Source: Octopus sinensis (taxonomy: Eukaryota). From it: a stretch of DNA of 64,000 nucleotides. The notes beneath the pieces were generated by a model, which searched no databases, was not told the origin of the DNA, and was given only the letters and a program-made list of their open reading frames with translations. This document shows, piece by piece, positions 1 through 13,470 of this stretch; the stretch's first letter is position 1, and every line of letters begins with the position of its first letter. Location of the stretch: contig NC_043007.1 in NCBI RefSeq assembly GCF_006345805.1, positions 46,748,001 to 46,812,000 of the forward strand, in the 5' to 3' direction. The translations under genes were made by a program, and so were the position numbers.

Positions 1-660
1 AAGCTTTAGATCCTTAAGTTGATTTTTCTTCTCGAGAAATAAAAGCTCTAGCAGAAAAGGGCAGTCTCAATAACATTATATTCTTCCTCCAGCGTGTAAC
101 CTTCAGGAATCATTTTCTTCAACTGATCAGGATAATTATTAACTGCCTCTGTATCAGTGCTCCGAGTTTCACCACTCATATTTATGTTGTGCATGCTTTT
201 CTTTAAACTTTCACATTTGCCTTCACTAACAAAAAATGTTTTTTTTTCATTAGAAATTTCACCCTCCTTTTCTTGCAAATTGTCGCATAAACTTTTACGT
301 TTTTTAAAAAATTATCATTGTGTTTCTCGGCACATTATGCTGACTCTGATCCTGAAACCATATACTCAAAAGTCGTATCATTCTCAGCATTACATTCAAT
401 CTATGGGAAAATAAGGTCTGAACAATTAACAGAACTGCTTCCTGAACACTTGACCTAATTCTATTTTTGTTGTCTCGTATTGTTCTCACTGTAGATATTG
501 CAAGATTTAATGTTCTGGTGAAGTCTTTTCAAAAGGTCAAGTTTAATATCCAGTGCAATCACTTTACAGTTCCTATTAGCACTACTGCCCCCTACTTGAT
601 AACATCTTTCCACACATCTGAAATTGAAGGCAAATCCAACAGCAGCGGTGATTAATTATC
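1..660 (-). mobile_element. Tigger/pogo-family DNA transposase remnant (frameshifted)
   Basis: Minus-strand pieces read NRNCKVIALDIKLDLLKRLHQN, LNLAISTVRTIRDNKNRIRSSVQEA (psq-type HTH) and MHNINMSGETRSTDTEAVNNYPDQLKKMIPEGYTLEEEYNVIETALF, resembling the Tigger SGE..SAD...YP..L......GY..EQVFNVDETALFW motif. Runs off the window start. Confidence 0.85.
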
Positions 661-1284
661 TGTAACAGCTATGTAGTAAAGAGAAATTGGCCCACGAAAC
701 ATTTGCTTTTTCAGAGTGGAAAATTGGAAAATTATTATATTCCTGTGAATTTAATAATGAAAATGAGATAAAAACGATGACGGACTAGAAACTGATTATA
801 GCTAGCTGAAGCATCAGATTATATTGGCAATTCGCCTCTTACACTTATCACTTAAGATATAAATATACACACATACTCATACACACACAGACACACACAC
901 TCACACACACACACACACAAACAAACACACACACTCACAGACACACACATACACACTCATAAACCACATACTTATGCGCAACACGTGCTGGCATACATGC
1001 TGATAGATGTTATAGCCAGCTGGATTCAAAATTTAGTGAGTCAATACTTGTGTGCATGTAATGGTAGATGGAGATTTCATGCAGTTTCTAAAATACTCTA
1101 GGATACCACATTATGTTTTTTTTTATTTGTAATGGATTTCCTTCTTCATACTACATATTACTATTACTGTTGGTAGTTGTGTTGGTGTTAGTGATAAAAA
1201 GACCCACGTAAACATTCATACATGCATACATACCTACATACATATATAAGCACACATTTCTACATACACATACATATATATATA

Positions 1285-1348
<64 letters not shown>

Positions 1349-1359
1349 ATAATGATAAC

Positions 1360-1760
1360 GGGTAAAAAAAAAAATTAATTAATAATTAATCATTTTACCA
1401 AGTAGTTTCGGCATGTTAAAAGAACCGTTTTTGGTAAACTTAAACAATGATGTTTATAATTATGAGTATAATTATAATTAGGGTTCAGCAAAACTATTTG
1501 CTTCTCCACATTTAGAATTTAGAAATAGCAGCCAAAACTTTAGCTATTTCTCTACCATAAGAAAATCTCACAGATAACACATACTCAATCCAGGTAGGCA
1601 AAGAGAAAAAACAACGAATTCAACCGGTATAATGATTAACTATGGACGTGTTTCGGACATGCAAGAAGTAAATAGACACCTTTAATTTTCAAAATTTGTG
1701 ATTTAAGCATTTAATAGGGTTTGAGTGGTGTAGAATTTACAATGTAATTATTCTTTTTCA
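1360..1760. mobile_element. Penelope-like terminal (pLTR) remnant
   Basis: Minus strand has a decayed hammerhead-like tail (TTTACC...GCCGAAACTACTTGGTAAA). A TAGAAATAGCAGCCAAA segment resembles other PLE ends in the window. Confidence 0.35.
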
Positions 1761-1769
1761 TTCTAGGTG

Positions 1770-2275
1770 CCAATATATTTAACATTTGCAAAGAGTAACC
1801 ATGCCACGCACAAAAAATTCAGCAGAACTGTCAGATTTTCGAAGAGGTCGTATTATTGGGCAACCTGAGGCTGAAAATTCCTCTTGCTACTGCTAATAAA
1901 ATTATAGTGCAATTCAAAGGCCAAGGAAAAGAATCAAGAGATTCTGGTCCTGGCCGACCTTAGGCCCTCGTAAATGAAGCTTCGGTGTTTGAAGAGAATT
2001 GTGGAAAACGAACCACGTTCAAAGGATTCTGACATTGCAAAACAGCCCAAGAACGTGCGTTACATATCTGCATAAGCTTTGGTATTATGGACGAGCATCT
2101 AGACGAAAACCTCTCCTTCAACCAATTTATACCATGAAAAGAAAAAATGGGCTAAAGAGATGTCAGAAAAATCCAGTTCAATTTGGGATAGAGTGATTTT
2201 CTCAGATGAATCCAGATTTGCATTATTTTCAGTCGGTGGACGTGTTTCGTTCTGAAGGCTTCCCAATCAAAACTT
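1770..2275 (+). mobile_element. Tc1-family transposase remnant
   Basis: MPRTKNSAELSDFRRGRIIG N-terminus, RASRRKPLL motif, and WDRVIFSDESRFALFS (first catalytic D) across frameshifts. Confidence 0.85.
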
Positions 2276-2278
2276 TAT

Positions 2279-3390
2279 GTGAAACGACTCCAACCAACTT
2301 TCCAAGTATGTGGTATAGGCATCTATATTCGCTTCACAACCACAGGTAAGGTATTTGATGTTAAACGCTTTAATGCAAAGTCGAAGTCTTTCCAGGTACT
2401 TGTTCGAGAGCTCCTTCATGTTGATGTAGTTCTAGTTGCTCACACCGAGGAGGACATGCAGGCTATATTGGATCTCTTTTCTAGAGCTTGTTTTGCTTTT
2501 GGACTTACCATCAGTCTAAAGAAAACAAAGATCATGTTCTCTCAGCCACCAGGCCAACCCTATGTGGAACCTAACATCTTTGTCCAGGATACAAGAGTAG
2601 ATATGGTTGACTCGTTCATCTACTTTGGCAGCACTCTCTCTAAAGGTGGACCATTGATTCTGAAATAATCCTGTCAATTGAAAAATCCAGCAAAGCCTTT
2701 GGAAGTCTTGAAAATCGTGTGTGGTCTGATAGGGGTTTCACCTTCAAAACCAAGCTTAGTATCTATGAATCTTGCATTTTAATGGTCCTCCTGTACTCTT
2801 CTGAGACCTGGATAACAGATCGGTGCCACATCAAGGCTTTAGAAAATTCCATCAGACTTACATAAGGAGGATACTAGACATAGAATGGAAGTCTTTAACA
2901 CCGGACACCATTATTCTTCTGCAAGCTAACACATCCTGTATTGAAATGATCCTCATACGCAATCAGATGCGTTCGAGTTCGGCACCTTGCTAGGATGCAA
3001 GATGACAAGTTGCCAAAGCAGTTGTTTTACGGGGAGTTGCAGAGTGGCAAACGTCAGAGATATAAACCAAAAGAAACGTTTTGGGGATACTGTCAAAAGC
3101 AACATTATGACTCTTAATGTGTAAGTTGAAGACTGGGAGCAGATGACACTAGATCGATAGGTTTGGAAACAAATGATTTACAATAGATGTAAAGAATTTC
3201 AAGTTCGAAGAATTGAACAATCTATCTTTAAACGAGCACTTCGTAGACAGATACTTTTCTGCGTAAAAGTATTTGTAAAATCTGCAGTAGATTTTGTTTG
3301 TCAAGAGCAGTACTTGCTAGTCGTATAAAATCTCCTTGCAGTATTTATTAATTGAAGAGATGACCTTCTTCTGTAAGGAAGTGGCAATCA
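2279..3390 (+). mobile_element. RTE-clade LINE, 5'-truncated reverse transcriptase and 3' end
   Basis: ORF 2279-2668 reads GIYIRF..TGKVF..KRF..KSK....LVRELL..D..LVAHTEEDMQ..LD.FS.AC..FGLTISLKKTK, typical of RTE RT. Downstream broken frames contain DDKLPKQLFYGELQSGKR. Confidence 0.9.
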
Positions 3391-3454
3391 TTCATATATA
3401 TACATACTCACTTTATGTACATCATATATACATGAGTGTATGTGTGTGAAGGCA

Positions 3455-3512
3455 TTCTTTCTTCGGTTACTGGTTTCAGCCAGAGGCTGGGGCCATGCTG
3501 AAGCACTGCCTG
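3455..3512 (-). mobile_element. SINE 3' tail fragment
   Basis: TTACTGGTTTCAGCCAGAGGCTGGGGCCATGCTGAAGCACTGCC matches the GCGGCCATGCTG..GCACCGCC motif repeated at ~13195, ~24070 and ~39485, and inverted at ~5655. Confidence 0.6.
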
Positions 3513-5154
3513 CGTGTAAGTTGAGGATAATTTTTTCCAAATCGTTAACTATATTACTTAATCTTAATTAAAACGCAAGTAGCCATAGAGCTAAGAAGAA
3601 AGTGTAGTTTTACATTGTCAGCAATTCAAAACTACGCAATACTAATTTCTATAAGGGCGAAATTACGGATCGTAACCCGAAATTTGTGACAAAGTTTACA
3701 ATTACTATAACTGAAAAATCGCGTAGTCGAAATGCGTGGGATGCCTTTATATCTACGCTCTTATAAACATTCTTCCACTTTCCCGTTTTTATAGTAATAT
3801 AGGGCAAATGCTTACAGTCTATTACCATATGGATACCTTCTATAAAACTTGGTGATATTCTTTTCTGTAATGTTTTTAGATTTGATAATTATTTGATAGA
3901 ATCAAATGAAATATGAGCATTTTATTTGCAGGGAAGAATGAAATAGGCGATAGAATGAAACAAGAAGGAAACAAGTACCCCGTTGACAGATTCTTTGTCA
4001 ATGGGGTACTTTTCATTTTACAAAGTCTATATCGATATCCGTTTTTGCACAGTATAAAAACGGGAAAAGTAAAAGAAGAAAACGAGATTGGCAATGAGGG
4101 GTTTTCTCATATTTCTTAGAAATGTCGTTATGCTTTCACAGATGGATGGACTTTATTCGACCAAATATTCTATAAAAGTTAACACGAGAAAACTGAAGCA
4201 GTATCTAGATTGGTGTGTATTACCAAAAGTAAAACCATGATAAACAGTTTCAATGTTCTTACATATATGTTTACATACATCTGTCTCTCTTTTGTTTCTT
4301 ATTTCCCCATTTGTTTCCTGACCATACACACAAACGCATGCGTGTGTGTGTCTGTGTTATAGCTATACAAACGCAGCTACACCAACATGCGCACACCATA
4401 TTGGAAATTGTCGATTCAGCTCTTTCACAATATGCACATATGATATTTATATTAGTTTATTTCTATATGTCTTTCTACACCCACCAACCCCAAAATCGCC
4501 ATGCCAATCACATAGCTTCCTTCAGACAAAAGGAAAGCTACTAGTTTAGCAAACCACGTATGGACTTTGAAAACTAACGCAACACCACATGTGATTAAAT
4601 GAAAAATAACCGAAAAATCAGTACCTTATGTTAATAGATCAAATAAATGTAAGCTATGTTTAGCTGAAAGAGTACAGATAGTTTTCAGGTCAAAGATCCC
4701 TAACTCACTACTGAACTCTACGTCTGAAATATGTAAACATATCTCGAAGTACATTTTGAAGAATTGGAAATTTCCGCCATTACCCGATTAAATTGTTGAT
4801 ATCTTTCCAGCGCTATTATTTCTTTTTTCTTTATCCGTTTTTAATCTTCCACGTTTTCTACATTCATTCTTCTTGACATTTCACGTTTTATCCTCTATTC
4901 AATGTTTAGTTCGTTATGATATATGATTTGTTCCTGTTGAAGATGTTTGAGGTATTAGCATATGAAACATATTAGTAGCACATAAAGATATTTATCGTAT
5001 CTATTAAATAATATACATATATATATATTTATATATATATATATATATATATATAAATGAGGATGAAAAATTTGATATTAATTTAATAATACCATACATT
5101 TAACACCAAGTGGCTTAGCACATAACAACCAGGGATACAATACAAATTTATACA

Positions 5155-5620
5155 TAAATATGAGAGAGTAACCACTATGCGGTCGACTCTAGTGCTAAAA
5201 GTAGATCCACTATGGTATAGTCACTAAAAATTGCTTCCAAGGAGAAATAACACAATTTAACGTAGGACAAGTGAAAAATAACGAAAAAATAAATTAACCC
5301 TGGACAATAGCTAATAGCTGCTAATACAATTGATTGAACCGCACGTGTATTTAACGTTGCGTCGTAATTTAACGAGCGATTTAATAAATTGTATTTAAGA
5401 CAAACTCCTGCTGATGAGTTATGGATGTTGCGTAAGTAAAATTGCATTTACATTGATAATGAAACAATTGTCCAGGGTTAATCTATTTTTTCGTTATTTT
5501 TCACTTGCCCTACGTTAAATTGTCTTATTTCTCCTTGGAAACAATTTTTAGTGGCTATACCATAGTGGATCTATTTTTAGCACTAGAGTCGACCACATAG
5601 TGGTTACTCTCTCATATTTA
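5155..5620. mobile_element. Non-coding fold-back element (154-bp inverted arms) carrying a hammerhead ribozyme; probably PLE-derived
   Basis: 5155-5308 is the reverse complement of 5467-5620 (7 mismatches counted in 154 bp), with a 158-bp spacer. The right end runs into (TA)n. Confidence 0.85.
5407..5476 (+). ncRNA. Minimal type I hammerhead ribozyme, canonical core
   Basis: CCTG [CTGATGA] GTTAT-33 nt-ATAAT [GAAA] C-AATT-G [TC] CAGG. Stem I CCTG/CAGG, stem II GTTAT/ATAAT, short stem III with palindromic loop, GUC cleavage after 5472. Confidence 0.85.
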
Positions 5621-5757
5621 TATATATATATATATACATATGTATATGTATAAAAACGGCGGTGCATCAGCATGTCCGGAGCTCTGAGCTGTTTTGAGTA
5701 ATTTTTATAACTCCCAAGGAATGTGCTGAGTGGTCATTCTACTTTTTGTTCACGCTA

Positions 5758-5811
<54 letters not shown>

Positions 5812-5829
5812 ACACACATATATATATAC

Positions 5830-6740
5830 ACAGTATGCTGTGAATATATTGTCGTCTAAATTACGCAAAAATTAAAATATCACTGACATCTCATTTTCAC
5901 AGATATATTTACCAAAACTTCATTAAAATATATTGAAACACTAAAGAGTAAATTTCCTCAATAAAATCTCCATTGGCTTCAACCACGACGTCCAGAAGAC
6001 TTCGGAATCTCCTGCAACTCTTCCGGACATTTTCCTTGTTTAATTTCGTGAATGCTGCCATAATGCTTGCCTTCAATTCCTCTTTGGTGTTACAAGGAGT
6101 TTTCTTGGTCTCTCACCCAACTGCACCCCAAACACAATAATCAACGGGGTTGCAGTCTGGGGAGTAAGGTGGCCAACTGTATGGGTGATGTGGTCGCAGA
6201 AATTATCTGACAGCCATGACTGGGTTCCTGTTTCCAGACACAGGGTGTTCCAGCAGCCACCCTTTTGAGTCAGGGTCGCACAACCTTCTCCAGGAATTTG
6301 ATGTAGGTCTGGTCTCCGTTCTGAGTTTGAGGCCGTGTGAGAAGATGAAGGAAGACATAACATCGCCATTACTAGAGAGTACTCCAAACACCTGGTTGAC
6401 TGAATGTTTGATTTTTATCAATCTCGGTACCTGTTTTAGGGATACATCAAGCCAATGTTTGTTCTGTGTTCACCATCTGTTTGTATTGGAGATTCCGGCG
6501 GGAATGCCAAGAGGTACTGCATATCATTTCCAAGTTTCTGACAGAGTGAATTGCGTCATGGTTCTGTTTTATTCGGCAAAATCGAAGACAAACAATGTGC
6601 ACACGCGAAATTAAAACTATGAAATGGCGACAATCTAACAATAATGCAATTTTCTGCTCTGTTAACTGTCCGGAAGTTATTTTTTTCACAGATCTAATGT
6701 CATACTTAAATCTGGTTATACCCTTTGGAATTATAATTCA
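5830..6740 (-). mobile_element. mariner/maT-like transposon remnant (internally deleted)
   Basis: Broken frames read IKIKHSVNQVFGVLSSNGDVMSSFIFSHGL, TQSWLSDNFCDHIT, WPPYSPDCNP and KPMEIL/VVEANGDF-type C-terminus. Confidence 0.85.
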
Positions 6741-6829
6741 TTCCACAGACTTCTAAAGTGCTCCTGTCTACCTAGTTTACACATAATGCATATGAAATAT
6801 AGGCTTTCGGGATATATTTGTTACTTTGC

Positions 6830-7540
6830 ACAAAAAAGTATACATTATATCCCATCCAAAGATAAAATTATTTAAAAATCAAAAGCTATTAACTCGATTA
6901 TGGCTGGGAGATAACAGTTTACTCAACGTAGTTGCCCTCATCGTCCATCATGGACTCAAGACAGCTACGGATCTTGGGGCTTGCATTCCTCACTGTATAC
7001 CTAGGAAGATCTTCAAACCCCTCCTTGATCTTGGCCATCAGCTCAGCCTTGGTGTTTCAGGCAGAGCAGTTGGTATTCTTCTCAACTGCGCCCCACACAT
7101 AGTATCCCTTAGAATTACAGCCTGTGGAATTAGGAGGCAAAAAATGGGAGCTGGTGAATTCGTGGAAATTCTCCGATAACCACATCTGACTCTTTCCCGA
7201 GTTAAGGCAAGGAGCTGAATCCTACCGCCAAGCTTATGGGCTTCCAGTAGCAGTACTCACCAAACAAGCTCTCACCAGTCTCCAGCAGCATTCATAGCTG
7301 TCTGAATTGTGCTTCGGATGACTCTGTTTAAAGATGTGGGGGTGGCATGATGCTACATTCACTTGGGACACCACCAAAGACCATCACAGTTTGGAGGAAC
7401 TTGGATTTCATGATATCTGTGTCATTTATACAGCCTTTATAGAAGTCACTGAGCGCCGAATAGCAGTCGTAATGAGGGCATTTTGATACGCAACACAAAC
7501 CATCTAGATAAAAATAACTGTTTTCCAATATTTAAAATGA
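6830..7540 (-). mobile_element. Second mariner/maT-like transposase remnant
   Basis: Minus strand reads DSAPCLNSGKSQMWLSENFHEFTSSHFLPPNSTGCN..GYYVWGAVEKNTN...NTKAELMAKIKEGFEDL. Confidence 0.8.
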
Positions 7541-7776
7541 TATATTGGCCTCCTTGTCAGCTAACTTTTCCTCATCTACAAACTTAATCTTTATGGTCTC
7601 ACCACCATTGACTACTCACCAATACATGAATTTGCTTATGAATAAAAGGAGACGTTCAAATCCTCACATTTATCCAGAACGCTCTATGTATGTGTTACGA
7701 AGTGTGGTAACCTGTCATTGGCTTTCATTATTTCTGCTTATTTGTCGTACACACATGCACACGCACATACACATAT

Positions 7777-7818
<42 letters not shown>

Positions 7819-8002
7819 ACACACACACACACACTCGCACACATATTCATACAAACATTTGCTTACACAAACGCACACGTGGAAAAACTGTAAGTAGACA
7901 GAAAAAGAGAACAATAGATACAACCAGGAGAGAAAGAGAGAAGCGGGTGAGAGAAGTGAGAATTGCCATTTTATTCATGACTGTCACTTTTTTATGTTCT
8001 AG

Positions 8003-8151
8003 GAAGCCGGAGCTATAGTATTTAAGTTGTCATTGTATATAAAGGTAGAGTGTGAACTGAAGTTTAAAAGCCCAGTTCTAACAGCTCGGGAATTACTTTC
8101 AATAATGAGGAAATTCACTTTCACAAGCACAACCCCAAAACAACAACCAAG
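8003..8151 (+). CDS. Candidate internal coding exon of an unidentified gene
   Basis: Acceptor cacttttttatgttctAG, donor CCAAG|GTAAGA, and 149 nt open in phase 0: EAGAIVFKLSLYIKVECELKFKSPVLTARELLSIMRKFTFTSTTPKQQP(R). No family recognised. Confidence 0.4.
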
Positions 8152-10139
8152 GTAAGAACAGAGGCTACTACAAGTACTACCATAACGGGAGCTACAAAGC
8201 AAATGCATTACCAGAGGTTTTGCATGTGAAGCTAATAGAAACGAAGCGTCAAATATTCACCCACAGATAGAAATAAACAGGAACTCACAAATCGATCCAT
8301 CTATCCATATACAGCGACCTCGAACCCACAAGTTTAAACAAGAGAGACAGAGAAAGGCAGAAACAAGGAAAATGCCACTTATATTTGAACACTATACAAA
8401 TATTCTTTTTAAAAAGTTTTTCTTTTAATTTTTCTAAATTTAATTATTTAATTGTTACTGTTGAAAAGGTCTCAAATGACTGAAACTGGTACTGAAATGT
8501 TCTTTATAAATTATTTTACCATTTTCTATCTTGACTTGTTTTTTCATATATATATATATATTGAGAGAGAGAGAGAGAGCGAGAGAGAAAGAGAGAGAGA
8601 GTATATGTTTGTTATATATGCATTTATGTATGTGCATGGGAATGTATCTTTCCGTTTTCATGTGTGTTGGTGTACTCCTGTTGTATGATATTCCATGCAT
8701 ATGTACATGTGTGACAGTAATTATATGCACTTATGGCTGTGTCTTTATGCGCAAAAGTTCACGTGTTTTCGTAGGCGTAAAGGTATGAGCGTATTTTAAA
8801 ACCCAAATAGAAAAGTACTGATACATCATATACATTTGACATTGTGAATGTATACTATCGGATCATTACTCAAATAAAGGGATTGGATATATATTTTCTT
8901 CCTATCGACTGACATCCATCAATGTATCTCGAATGCATATTGAGAGCAACTTTTTACAACAAAAACTTGTATATGCAGATGTATATTTTTTGTAATCTCA
9001 TATGCATTTCCATTGCTTAATAGTTATAATTTCCTCCTGAAATATGAGTCCATTGGGAATTGGATACGCAGGAATTAACATGTGGCGCAATGAGTTATAC
9101 TTTCACTCTAAAATGCCTTTACGGATTCCGTAACTCTCCTACTGTTTTATCAATTTTCTATAACCATTAAATAGGAATGACAAGTTGTTAACAATACATA
9201 TCTATAATATAAGATATGTGATGAAGTTGTAGATTAAAATATAAGCGCATACAACGAAGAAAATAAGAAACATTACGGTCTGAAATGAGGATATACTATT
9301 GATACAATATTAAAATGAAATAAAAGGCTGATACAACGTGAACATAACGTCGTACATAGTCGCACCATCATGGATACAGGCGCTATCACAAGCGCGGAAA
9401 AACCATAAACATACACATACACACACATACATATTCATACGCACACATACACAGACATACACACTCAAACGGGCACAAACCCGCGTATACGAATAATTTA
9501 AATTTATACGTTTGTATGTGTGTGTGTGTGTGTGTGTGTGCGTGTGTGTGTGCGCGCGCCGTACATGTTGCATTGTAGTGTGTTAGTTTTTAATATTCGT
9601 CCTTAAAATATCATTAGTATTTTGTATATTACCTAGTACAAAATTATATATTTAGTACCTTATGCTATTCTGTCACACAGTTTTATCTGACAAGCTACAT
9701 CCATATTTCAAGATTATCTTGCTCTACTGTGACAATTTGTTGTTGTAGGAATTTAGAGAAGCGTAAAAGTAAAGGTGTAAACATATGCGACAAATCCACT
9801 TCTGGAAATCTTTAGGTAGAAAATGTTATTTCCTTTTAGCGTTTTATTTTTTGCAGAAAATGTTTCAATATAAATCATATAGCCAAATCGAACAGGTCAG
9901 ATTGGATAGAATTAATGCTTGATTTATTAGTTTTCTATCTAGAAATTTTAAAGTGGACACTGGGAATGTTAGCTTTCATGAATATGTTACTCTATATTAA
10001 TATTCCATTTTTTTAATGCTTCTTGCCTGGTTATTTGTGTCTGTTTTATATTTTTGCGCGCAAATATACATCTACATGGAAGCATAAGGAATATGTATTT
10101 TCCCTAGATATATCTATATATAAGGAGATATTCTATAAC

Positions 10140-10775
<636 letters not shown>

Positions 10776-11169
10776 CATACACACACATACGGCAATTAAG
10801 AAAGTGGAGGGGGCATAAAATCGATAGACACCAGCTGGTAAACATTCCAGTATGCGTATTTATTCAAATGTATTGGATGAGTCCACACAAATGTATTAGT
10901 GGTACAGATTATCAAGTAGAAAAAGTTGGTGATTGCATAAACAAAGGTGTAGTAGCATATAAGCATATAGAAACAAGGGAGTAATTTAGCAAATGAGCAA
11001 ATGGACAAATGAGCGAATGTGCAGATTGTTACTAAAACCGAATGGGTATGCGGATCCTAGTTCCTGGTGTCTGTCGATTTTATATCCTCTCAACTTTCTT
11101 ATTTGCCGTATAAATCAATGGTGAATCACTTTTTACCCCCCTTGGAACCTAAAGAAAAAATGAAGGGAG

Positions 11170-11790
11170 GTTACAAAAGTGACAGATGGGACTGACTAGC
11201 TCCGCTTTTGCCAAGAAGAAAAGTCAAACGACTCAAAAGCGATAAAAGTACTGTCTTACTGATTAGTAAAGGGAGATAACTCCCCTAGCGTGAATAGTCG
11301 AATGTAGGCCAACTGTATCTATATATCAGAGACTCTCAACGTCTAGGGTTAAACTCAGTTAACTCTGTCAGACTTATAAGAGAAACAATTGAAGATATGT
11401 ACTGATTTTTAAAACGGTAAAAGTGTAAACAACAAATTAAAAAGGATGGCTTATTTGGAATTACAACCAAAAAGAAAAATTAATAGACATCACAAAAGTG
11501 ACTGAGGTTACTGACTAGTACCGCTATTGCTAAAGATATGATTTAAAAGAACTCAAAAGACACTCTTTTTAATTTGTTGTTTACACTTTTAACGTTTTGA
11601 AAATCAGCACTTGTTTTGAACGGTTTTTCTTATAAGACTGACAGATATAATTGAGTTTAACTCTAGACATTAAGAGTCGCTGATTGGGATTATGATGGTC
11701 TGCATCAAAATCCGAAATCGAGATCCGTCTATATACGCCGGGGACTTACCTACCTTCATCCGACATTTAGACAGTGTATTTGTGGTTTTT
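11170..11790. mobile_element. PLE terminal region with direct and inverted repeats
   Basis: Direct repeat at ~11172-11245 / ~11492-11560 (CAAAAGTGAC...ACTGACTAG...ACTCAAAAG). Diverged inverted arms at 11325-11445 / 11564-11684. Hammerhead-like motif at the right end. Confidence 0.6.
11675..11730 (+). ncRNA. Type I hammerhead ribozyme, core-mutated
   Basis: AGTCG CTGATTG GGATTATGATG-GTCTG-CATCAAAATCC GAAA T-CGAG-A TC CGTCT. All three stems are present, but G8/A9 of CUGANGA are altered. Confidence 0.5.
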
Positions 11791-11878
11791 GAATTGTTTT
11801 AATACGTATCTTTAGCAAAAGTGGTGCTAGTCAGGATCCTCTGGCTTTCGCGAGATCTCTGTCTACATCTCTCTGTCT

Positions 11879-11947
<69 letters not shown>

Positions 11948-13164
11948 AATATGTATATATATATATATGTGTGTGTGTGTGTATGTGTGTGTGTGCATAT
12001 CCATATACGTTTATAGATACACACACAAACACATATATATGCACATATAACTATAAATATGCATACTTTTTTGTCCATGGTATGACTTTCATTTCTGCTG
12101 CATATTATGTCTCTATAATGCATCTTATTAAATAATTAAGTTGACCTTCACGTTTGACAAAATGCATCTTTCGCTTATATAAGTCATATACATTTACGTT
12201 CAATGTTTGGGATATAATCTTCTCCACTGACGTATTACATTCCTTCCTAAAGAAAATGTTTATATAAACACCATGTTAGTTTCTTCCTTTTGCACATAGA
12301 AACAATTTAAAATACTTTCTATAAAATATATTATATTGCAAAAATATGCAACATTGATTTTGTATCAATCTAACCTTGCTCTCTTAAATGTCGTGAGTAA
12401 AACAAAACAAAAGTAAATATAATTTCTTTCTTGGTATGTGCGGTTGTTTTGAAATATATTGGTAAACATTGAAACAATGATTTTCACAGTTTGTGACGGA
12501 AAAAATATTCCCAATTACAGCCATAAAATCTGTTTACAAGATATTTTCTAATTTCACTAGACAATAGTTTACATATTAAATAACTCAGCCAAAACCTATC
12601 CCTGATTATTTTTGTTTCATTTTCGTATAAATCCGTCTGTCTGATTAAATTGCTTTTCTGATTTATAGAAACATTTAAAGTCACAGATTCATAAAAAATA
12701 TACATTCTTTTTATTTAAAGAATGCAGATCATTGAAATAAATGTTTACGAAAGAATACATAAATCGTTATATGCGCCATTCCGTTGACTCATCAAAACTT
12801 TGATGGGTGCTGCAGATGAAATACCCTCCCCAAGATACAGACAACAATGGATGTAAATCAAACCCAGTAGTTACTGATAAAGAACGTTTTAGCGCAAGCA
12901 AAGAAATATCTAAGATTCCACAAAACCAAGATATAAGGGAACCTGAGAAAACTACGTTTTCACAAAATATACTTACATAATACACTTTGTTATATTGATA
13001 CTAATAACCATCCAGGGAACTATAAAACCACAATAAAATCAGTACTTTTAAAGTTTATTCGCATACGAATTGGCTCACGTCACCTCAAATCAGTTAGAGT
13101 TGGAATTCAAAATATCTAACAGGTTCTGTATAGGAGTCGAAACTATAACGAACCTCTGACGATC

Positions 13165-13470
13165 TCGTCATTCATCTTTTACTGGTCTCAAGTATCGGAA
13201 CGCGGCCATGCTACTTTGCAGGCCCGAAAGGTTTTAGTCGAAAAAATGACCTTAATACTTCTTTTGTTTGAAGTTTATATTCAGTCGGACATTTTGCCGA
13301 ACCTCTAAGGTATGGGGTGCAAACAAACTTATTGTGTTTGCCACGAGTTTGTGGGGATCAAATACACTCACAATGCTTCGGTCAGCCCGGGCTATTGTAG
13401 AAGACACATTGGGACAGCACCAGAAACCAGGTGGTTAGGGAGAAAACCTCTTCCCACGAAGCCACTCTAG
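13165..13470 (-). mobile_element. SINE, decayed
   Basis: CTTTTACTGG...GCGGCCATGCT...TTTAGTCGA...TTTTGCCGAACC...TAGAAGACAC...GTGGTTAGGGAGAAAACCTCTT..CCACG is the reverse complement of a tRNA-headed SINE body. Confidence 0.65.

Noticed and set aside
12780-12980. 54-codon plus-strand frame MKYPPQDTDNNG...
   Set aside because: In-frame stop just upstream, weak acceptor, no recognisable motif.
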